IMG/VR virus record: IMGVR_UViG_3300031578_009156
Direction: 5' to 3' (one strand)
Length of the DNA stretch: 64,000 nucleotides
DNA from: an uncultured virus (IMG/VR IMGVR_UViG_3300031578_009156)
Taxonomy: Duplodnaviria; Heunggongvirae; Uroviricota; Caudoviricetes
The notes below the pieces were generated by a model. That model worked only from the letters and a program-made list of their open reading frames with translations, searched no databases and had not been told where the DNA came from. How positions within the stretch are numbered: the first letter of the stretch is position 1; every line of letters starts with the position of its first letter. Positions 58,312-64,000 of the stretch are shown one piece after another. A program made the translations under genes and the position numbers.

Positions 58312-58748
58312 TGAAGGGCGTCGGATTGGACGGCAAGTCCCATCTGGAGGCTGCCTTTTCTACTCTCTGGCACCAGATCGCTCCCGACTCCCCAGAGCCA
58401 GAGCACGACGTGACGTTCTATCCTGGCCGTGACTGGCGGGCAGACTTCATCTGGAAGCCCCAACTCGTGCTGGTCGAATTGGAGGGGCAGGTCTGGGGGG
58501 CGCAGGTGCATTGTCAGGCATGCGGGGCGCTGGTGAAAAAGAGGAGCAAGGGCGGCAAGTGGTACGCGGTGCGCGAGGCGGGCGGGCGGCACGTCAGGGG
58601 CGACGGGTTTCAGAACGACGTGGACAAGTATAACGCGGCAGCCGACCTCGGCTACAGGCTTTTCAGGGTGACGGCCAAGATGCTCGAGGAGGACCCCTAC
58701 AGCATCATAATGACGGTGAAGGAGGCGGTGGAGGATGGGCAGAAGTGA
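58311..58748 (+). CDS. PD-(D/E)XK endonuclease (DUF559/Vsr-like)
   Basis: WRADF..VLVELEG..H..D..KYNAA..GYRLFRVT. Confidence 0.8.
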   Translation: MKGVGLDGKSHLEAAFSTLWHQIAPDSPEPEHDVTFYPGRDWRADFIWKPQLVLVELEGQVWGAQVHCQACGALVKKRSKGGKWYAVREAGGRHVRGDGFQNDVDKYNAAADLGYRLFRVTAKMLEEDPYSIIMTVKEAVEDGQK

Positions 58749-59933
58749 CTGCTCTCCCCTCTAAAGAGGGGAGCTTCTAGGGCTTACACCCAAGCTCGCC
58801 AGTCCGCGAGCCAAAATGTTCAGAGACGCATTTAAGTCTCTGTCCATTTCCAAACTGCAAAAAGGACAAGAGTGGACACGAACGGACAATGCTTTTTCGA
58901 CAATCTGACCACAGCGAGAACACATCTTGGTGGTGTTGCGCGGATCGACCAGCACACACGAACGACCGGCCCATGCTGCCTTGTACGTCGTGTACTGTAC
59001 CAGTTGGCCCCACGCCGCATCCGAGATGCTCTTGTTCATGCTGCGCCAGTTGCCATCTTGCATGTCCTGGATATTCAAGTCCTCGAAGACCACGATCTGA
59101 AATTCATCTACCAGGCGTCTGCTGAGTTTGTGCGCAAAGTCGGCACGCCGGTTCGCAATGCGCTGGTGGATGTGTTGAATTACCCGCTTGCATCGGGTAT
59201 GCTCAGGTGTTCCCTTTTCGCACTTGGAGAGCTTGCGCTGTGCCTTGGCAAGCGCCTTTTCGTCCTTGCGGAAAAAACGCGGGTTGGCGATCATCTCGCC
59301 GGTGGACAGGGTCGCGAATTTTTCAAGTCCCAGGTCGATGCCAATGACATTGGGAACTGGGGGCAAAGGAATGGACTCAACCTCACAGGAAAAGCAGGCA
59401 TACCAATTACCCAAGGCGTCGCGCCTGACAGTGAGCGTCTTGATTTTACCCTCAATAGGGCGATGCAATCTGATCTTGACGTTGCCGATCTTGGAAAGAT
59501 AGAGTCGTTCATCACTGGTGAGCTTGAATCCGCTCTGTGGATAGGTGAAAGAATCATAGCGGTCCGCTCCGCGAAACCGAGGATAGCCGGGGTTCTCTCC
59601 GCTTTCTCTCATGCGCCTGAAAAAGTGCTGGAGTGCCAGATCGACACGGGTTTGCGCATTTTGCAGACACTGCGAGAAAGCGTTCGAGAGTTCAGGCTTT
59701 TCCTGTTTCCATCTGGTGAGAAGTTTGTTTGTGTCGAACAGAGACAACGACATCTGTTGTTCTTGCCATGCACCACGCCGCACCTCAAGAGTCTTATTGT
59801 AGACCCACCGACAAGCGTCGAGAGATACCTGCATGGCTTTGCGTTGGGCTCGGGTTGGATAGAGTCTGAACCGGAACGTCTTCATGGCTCTATTGTATCA
59901 CGTATTAAGGCAGGTGTCAAGTGCTTAATATCA
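58745..59933 (-). mobile_element. IS605-group tnpB-only element with resolvable ends
   Basis: Right-end hairpin CTCCCCTCT-tt-AGAGGGGAG..TCAC; left-end hairpin TATTAAG..CTTAATA after TTAC; removal restores the flanking gene overlap. Confidence 0.85.
58761..59885 (-). CDS. tnpB: TnpB RNA-guided nuclease
   Basis: FRFRLYPT, GIDLG, VFEDL, CSRC..CPFC, DRDLNASLNI. Confidence 0.95.
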   Translation of the reverse strand: MKTFRFRLYPTRAQRKAMQVSLDACRWVYNKTLEVRRGAWQEQQMSLSLFDTNKLLTRWKQEKPELSNAFSQCLQNAQTRVDLALQHFFRRMRESGENPGYPRFRGADRYDSFTYPQSGFKLTSDERLYLSKIGNVKIRLHRPIEGKIKTLTVRRDALGNWYACFSCEVESIPLPPVPNVIGIDLGLEKFATLSTGEMIANPRFFRKDEKALAKAQRKLSKCEKGTPEHTRCKRVIQHIHQRIANRRADFAHKLSRRLVDEFQIVVFEDLNIQDMQDGNWRSMNKSISDAAWGQLVQYTTYKAAWAGRSCVLVDPRNTTKMCSRCGQIVEKALSVRVHSCPFCSLEMDRDLNASLNILARGLASLGVSPRSSPL

Positions 59934-60478
59934 GTAAACCGACGACATTAGTGGCGTGTTCCCAGTGCGGGCGGGACTGGCCCCCCCAGCACCTGGTCGC
60001 GGGCCTGTGCGAGGACTGTGCGGCGAGGCGGATCGGGGCGCAAGCCCTCGTGGCCGCCTCCATCGAGGCGAGGGGGTATAGGGAGGGATGGGATCCCCAG
60101 GAGTTTGCAGCGCGTCAGTGTTGCAAACTGATGGAGGAGTTGGCGGAACTCCTGAAAGCCGTCTGCGACAAAAGCCCGACCAGTTACCACGTGTGGGCGT
60201 TTTTTCTGTCAGAGGGGGGCAGGCTGGCGCGGGGGGCATTCGATGGCCCGCGTGAATTGTGGTGGAAGGACGACCAGGTCCAGGTTGATGCACCACAGGC
60301 GATGAAGGAACTGGCAGACCTGCAGGTGGTCGTGTTCTGTCTGGCGCAGGTCTTGGTGGAACTAGCGGGGCAGCCGTTCGACATCGTGCGGGCGGCAATC
60401 GAGAAGGCCGAGGCTGGCGTGGGGCGGGGGGTGCGGGGGCAAATCGAGGGGGAAACAGACCAAACGCTTGACAAGTAG
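59921..60478 (+). CDS. Zn-finger + MazG-like protein (native start separated by the IS)
   Basis: CSQC..CEDC; KLMEELAEL; KELADLQVV. Confidence 0.65.
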   Translation: MLNISKPTTLVACSQCGRDWPPQHLVAGLCEDCAARRIGAQALVAASIEARGYREGWDPQEFAARQCCKLMEELAELLKAVCDKSPTSYHVWAFFLSEGGRLARGAFDGPRELWWKDDQVQVDAPQAMKELADLQVVVFCLAQVLVELAGQPFDIVRAAIEKAEAGVGRGVRGQIEGETDQTLDK

Positions 60479-60496
60479 GGACCTATGATGTATAAT
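60468..60496 (+). promoter_or_regulatory. Consensus promoter
   Basis: TTGACA-17-TATAAT. Confidence 0.85.
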
Positions 60497-60528
60497 AGAG
60501 ACAAATTGATGAGAGGAGGGGAAGGCAA

Positions 60529-61158
60529 GTGGTAGCAAGAGGAAAGCAGCAAGCGCGGGGCTTGCCATTGTGGCCCGAGGAGTGGGCGAACCTGGAGCAG
60601 TTGGCAGCGGAGTTCGACACGTGTCCCCCATCAGGCCCAAACGCCGGTCACCCATCGTGGCGTTCTCTGGTCAAGGAGATCGCGCGGGGTAACATCAGCC
60701 TGGTGCGGGAGAGCGAGGGGCAGGCAGTCCATAAACTGTACGACTCCAAGGTTTGCCCGTTCTGCGGCGAGACGACCACGGTGGTGGCGGGCGGGATTCC
60801 TCACCTGCGGGCGCACGTCCGCAAGGGGGAGGCTGAGGAGGTCTTGGTCGCGGGTGAGCGGCAGTTCCGCAAGCCTGGGGAGGTCTACCCCAACGAGGAC
60901 GAGGTAGAAGTCGTGATGCGGGCGGGCGAGTACATCCCAGCCCCCACGACCGTCTGCCCGTTCTGTGACCGCGAGGTAACGGCCTCTGGTGGCAGCGTAT
61001 TGCACATGCGGGCACACGTCCGCAAGGGCGAGGCCGAGGAGATCGAGGTTGATGGCGGGCGCACGTTCCGCCGACCAGGGGAAACTTATGCCCCGAACAG
61101 GGAGCGGTTCGTGATCGTCATCAGGCGGGCTGGGGAGAGCGAGGGGCCAGCAGAATAG
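60529..61158 (+). CDS. Protein with two tandem C2H2-like zinc fingers
   Basis: 2x VCPFC-X12-HxRAHVRKGEAEE..FR.PGE.Y. Confidence 0.7.
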   Translation: MVARGKQQARGLPLWPEEWANLEQLAAEFDTCPPSGPNAGHPSWRSLVKEIARGNISLVRESEGQAVHKLYDSKVCPFCGETTTVVAGGIPHLRAHVRKGEAEEVLVAGERQFRKPGEVYPNEDEVEVVMRAGEYIPAPTTVCPFCDREVTASGGSVLHMRAHVRKGEAEEIEVDGGRTFRRPGETYAPNRERFVIVIRRAGESEGPAE

Positions 61159-61166
61159 GACGTACT

Positions 61167-61284
61167 GGGGGTGCTTGGCTTCGACGGGGGGCGGTGTGGT
61201 TGGTAGGTGAAAAGGCCCATTGAACGACACCGAAGGCCACGGATTGACAAACTCCGGACATGGGTTCAATTCCCATCACCTCCA
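61167..61284 (+). ncRNA. 118-nt mini-tmRNA (tRNA-like domain only)
   Basis: 5' GGGGGUGCUUGGCUUCGACGGGG; 3' CUCCGGAC-AUGGG-UUCAAUU-CCCAU-CACCUCCA; G3-U pair; about 60 nt between the ends. Confidence 0.8.
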
Positions 61285-61287
61285 CTA

Positions 61288-61496
61288 GCATGGCGCGTCA
61301 GGTGGACGTAGTCTGGGGTTCTGCATCAGGCAGCCATGCGAACGCACGGGGCAGCGAGGGCGGTCCGACGGATGGGCGTGGGCCGGGGCTACTGTTGGCC
61401 GAGGTGGTACTGGATACGCGGGCGCTGCCCGTAGTGGAGGGTACAATCGGCGTCGGCATCGGCTAGGCCGAATGCGCAACCTCGTTGTCCCGTGTG
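61288..61496 (+). ncRNA. Putative structured RNA(s) downstream of the mini-tmRNA
   Basis: Helices 61288-94/61333-39 and 61345-59/61480-94 enclosing several hairpins. Confidence 0.55.
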
Positions 61497-61498
61497 AC

Positions 61499-61678
61499 TT
61501 GACAAATCGCCAGACTATGGTATACTATACATTGTCACACGCATAGAGGCGGGCGTTTTGCTTTAGTAGCCGTCTCACAACTTCAAAGGTAAGTTGGGCA
61601 AAGCGCCCTCATTATGGTGGACTCGCGTCCCGCTGTGCGTGTGACAACGACGGCATACCATGATGGGGGCGCTTTGCT
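61499..61678 (+). promoter_or_regulatory. tnpB promoter and switch-like leader
   Basis: TTGACA-16-TATACT; alternative long helices covering the RBS region. Confidence 0.7.
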
Positions 61679-62878
61679 ATGAAGGTTCTCAGAGCCTACA
61701 AGACAGAGCTTGATCCAACGAACAAGCAGTGCACATGGTTCATGCGATGTGCGGGCGCTGCCAGGTTCGTGTATAACTGGGCGCTGGCCGACCGCAAGGA
61801 GCGATGGGAACAGGGCCAGCAAAACACGAACTTGTATGAGCAAAAACGGCGATTCAATGCCCTGAAACGCGAGCAGTGGCCGTGGCTTTATGATGTGCCT
61901 TACACCCTGCAAGATGCTGCCTTTGTCAACTTAGATACTGCTTACCAGAACTTCTTTCGACGTGTGAAGCAAGGCCAGGAAAAAGTCGGCTTCCCCAAGT
62001 TCAAATCCCGTAAGCGCGGTATTGGCTCTTTCATTCTGCGCGGAAGCATCCACGTAGAGGAAGGTCGAATCAAGTTACCACGTATCGGATGGGTGAGGCT
62101 GAAGGAACATGAGTATCTACCCTCCGAGCAACAGGTTAAACTCTTGTCCGTGACTATCTCGGAGCGAGCAGGCAGGTGGTACGCTTCTGTACAGGTGGAA
62201 GAAGATGGGCCAGAACCAGAAACAGGCACGGATATTATCGGTGTGGACCTGGGCATATCCCACCTGGCAGTATGCTCAGATGGTACAGTATTTGAGAATC
62301 CAAAAGCACTTATACAGGCAGAACGTAAACTCGCACGGCTACAGCGTGAACTAGACCGCAGAACGCAAGGCGGCCAGAACTGGCATAAGACGAAAGCCAA
62401 GATCGCGCAGTGTCACGCCAGGATTGCCAATGTCAGGCAGCATGCGCTTCACCAGGTCAGTCATTACATCACGGCGAAAGTCAAGCCTGAGACAGTAGTG
62501 ATTGAGGATTTGAACGTGAATGGTATGCTCCAGAATCATCACCTGGCAAGGGCAATTTCGGATGTGAGTTTTGGCGAACTGAGGAGACAGATCGAGTACA
62601 AGGCCAAGTGGCACGGCGTCAAGGTTGTGATAGCCGATAGATTCTGGCCGTCAAGCAAGGCTTGCTCGCGGTGTGGATGTGTCAAAAGCAACTTGACCTT
62701 GGCCGACAGAACCTATACCTGTGATGACTGCGGGTTGGTTATAGATCGTGACTTGAACGCGGCGTTAAATCTTGCCGCGCTAGGGAAGGCGAAAACATCG
62801 CCGGATTGCCTGGGGAGTTGCGGTGCAGGAAGGCCGCACTGTGAACCAGGAACCGAGCAGCCGCTTATCGCGGCATAG
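61679..62878 (+). CDS. tnpB: TnpB (IS607/IS1341-type) RNA-guided nuclease
   Basis: RAYKTELDPT, GVDLG, VIEDL, CSRC..CDDC, DRDLNAALNL. Confidence 0.95.
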   Translation: MKVLRAYKTELDPTNKQCTWFMRCAGAARFVYNWALADRKERWEQGQQNTNLYEQKRRFNALKREQWPWLYDVPYTLQDAAFVNLDTAYQNFFRRVKQGQEKVGFPKFKSRKRGIGSFILRGSIHVEEGRIKLPRIGWVRLKEHEYLPSEQQVKLLSVTISERAGRWYASVQVEEDGPEPETGTDIIGVDLGISHLAVCSDGTVFENPKALIQAERKLARLQRELDRRTQGGQNWHKTKAKIAQCHARIANVRQHALHQVSHYITAKVKPETVVIEDLNVNGMLQNHHLARAISDVSFGELRRQIEYKAKWHGVKVVIADRFWPSSKACSRCGCVKSNLTLADRTYTCDDCGLVIDRDLNAALNLAALGKAKTSPDCLGSCGAGRPHCEPGTEQPLIAA

Positions 62879-62906
62879 GTCTCGGATGGCACATTATAAT
62901 TCTAGT

Positions 62907-63109
62907 GTGCACCCCACGGGCGTGTGGGGGGTTGGTTAGAGGTACGGTCACACAATTGCGGTACGATGGTGCACCCCACGGGCGTGTGGGGGGTTGGGTT
63001 GACCTGATCCCGACCGACGCGGACAAGTGCGTGCACCCCACGGGCGTGTGGGGGGTTGGTCGCCCGCGCAGGCTTCCCCAGTGCACCCCACAGGCGCGTG
63101 GGTGTTTGG
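62907..63109 (+). CRISPR. CRISPR mini-array, 4 repeats / 3 spacers
   Basis: 29-bp GTGCACCCCACGGGCGTGTGGGGGGTTGG at 62907, 62969 and 63031; degenerate copy at 63081; spacers 33, 33 and 21 bp. Confidence 0.9.
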
Positions 63110-63140
63110 ACCTGGCCCCCGTGCTTACTTCACTGAGAAG

Positions 63141-63173
63141 CAGGCTCCGCTATTGCGGGGCCTGTTTTGTTTT
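63141..63173 (+). terminator. Terminator after the array
   Basis: CAGGCTCCGC-tatt-GCGGGGCCTG followed by a T-run. Confidence 0.8.
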
Positions 63174-63233
63174 CCCCTATTCCCCTACCCCCTACCCCCA
63201 ACCTTAACATTTTTGAAAATCCCTGTCAACCTC

Positions 63234-63262
63234 TTGACAACTGGTAAGTTATGTGCTATAAT
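63234..63262 (+). promoter_or_regulatory. Consensus promoter, near-copy of 19989
   Basis: TTGACAACTGGTAAGTTA..TGCTATAAT. Confidence 0.9.
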
Positions 63263-63293
63263 GATGCCATACTCAGGACAGGGAGACAGGACA

Positions 63294-63632
63294 ATGAACC
63301 GCAACGCGAAGGCACTCCAAACGAAGTCGAAGAAGAACCAGGTACAGCCCATCGGGCGGGGGGAGTTTATGGTCACCTCCGCAGCCTCTGGCAGCCGATA
63401 CCTGGTCACTGACCTGGCGGGTGGCGGGCTTCAGTGTACTTGCGAGTGGAGCAAGTACCACAGGACAGACCTCAAGCCCTGCTCCCACTGTCTGGCGGTA
63501 GAAGAATGGTTGGAGCAGGCGGGGAGCCGCAGCCTGAGTTTCTGGGCTTCTGAGGATAACGCCAAGCGGCAGCATCGGCCGGCGCGGTTGGTGGGGCTGG
63601 GACTGTGGGCGACCAGCAGGGTGGCGGCATAA
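63294..63632 (+). CDS. SWIM zinc-finger protein
   Basis: SGSRYLV..CTCEW..PCSHCLAV. Confidence 0.75.
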   Translation: MNRNAKALQTKSKKNQVQPIGRGEFMVTSAASGSRYLVTDLAGGGLQCTCEWSKYHRTDLKPCSHCLAVEEWLEQAGSRSLSFWASEDNAKRQHRPARLVGLGLWATSRVAA

Positions 63633-64000
63633 TGAGAAACGGCTTTCTGTCCCTCGAAGCAGAAAAGGCCCAGCAGGAAGGGGCAGCGCGGGCCAGCGAC
63701 TGGCGGCCCACGGTCGCCCGCACTTCTGACAAGGCAATCGTCATCCGCTCACGCAAGAGCGGCGGCAGGAGCGGGTTCGTGGCCTGGATGGCCGCCAACC
63801 TCCCTACCTTCACCCACAACCCCCGCCAGGATCGGTGGGAGGGGCCGCTCGATGACCTGGGGACGGCGGTCGAGGCGCTGAGGTACTGCAACCTCTCGGA
63901 CGGTGCGCGGGAGTGGTTGGCCGGGCACAAGGACCTCTTGACCCTGGCGCTGGAGCAGGCGGCGCGGTGGCAGATCGGGCAGCCGCAGGTTTGGCTGGTT
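63632..64000 (+). CDS. Hypothetical protein, runs off the window
   Basis: TAATG coupling; frame open to the window end (MRNGFLSLEAEK..). Confidence 0.55.
   Translation, partial: MRNGFLSLEAEKAQQEGAARASDWRPTVARTSDKAIVIRSRKSGGRSGFVAWMAANLPTFTHNPRQDRWEGPLDDLGTAVEALRYCNLSDGAREWLAGHKDLLTLALEQAARWQIGQPQVWLV

Noticed and set aside
58872..59951. Long antisense ORFs (also 49487-50533, 49756-50634, 53693-54580, 38118-38969)
   Set aside because: Shadow frames of well-supported genes in GC-rich DNA
61288..61345. Possible HDV-like/theta ribozyme processing the mini-tmRNA 3' end
   Set aside because: A P1-like helix is present, but the P3/L3 and P1.1 signatures are not
61167..61496. Permuted two-piece tmRNA
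   Set aside because: The ends are in standard order and no tag frame is recognisable downstream
62905..63207. ORFs across the CRISPR array
   Set aside because: Artefacts of the repeats

Overview
This 64 kb window is part of a temperate, long-tailed dsDNA phage genome (about 60% GC). The host is probably a filamentous Chloroflexota/Anaerolineae bacterium, inferred only from protein style. Gene order, left to right: (1) a tail module with tube end, frameshifted tail chaperones, tape measure, Dit, Tal, fibre and a modular M23 lysin; (2) a ParM/ParR partition operon followed by an FtsK/TraB-like ATPase and membrane proteins; (3) small early genes separated by structured RNAs; (4) a tyrosine integrase with an attP carrying the 5' half of tRNA-Pro(GGG); (5) a repressor/cro switch; (6) a ~13.5 kb pseudaminic-acid-type sugar pathway with two Maf-like transferases; (7) replication genes (sliding clamp, DNA methyltransferases, initiator, DnaB); (8) three tnpB genes and a 4-repeat CRISPR mini-array. 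The most unusual signals are two alanine-identity tmRNA tRNA-like-domain RNAs with no mRNA-like domain (23298-23371 and 61167-61284), hammerhead and twister-like ribozymes among the early genes, a tnpB with a switch-like leader directly upstream of the CRISPR array, the nonulosonic-acid glycosylation cluster, and a TTCAC-N-GTGAA palindrome dispersed across the window. All calls come from reading the sequence by eye; no searches were run.
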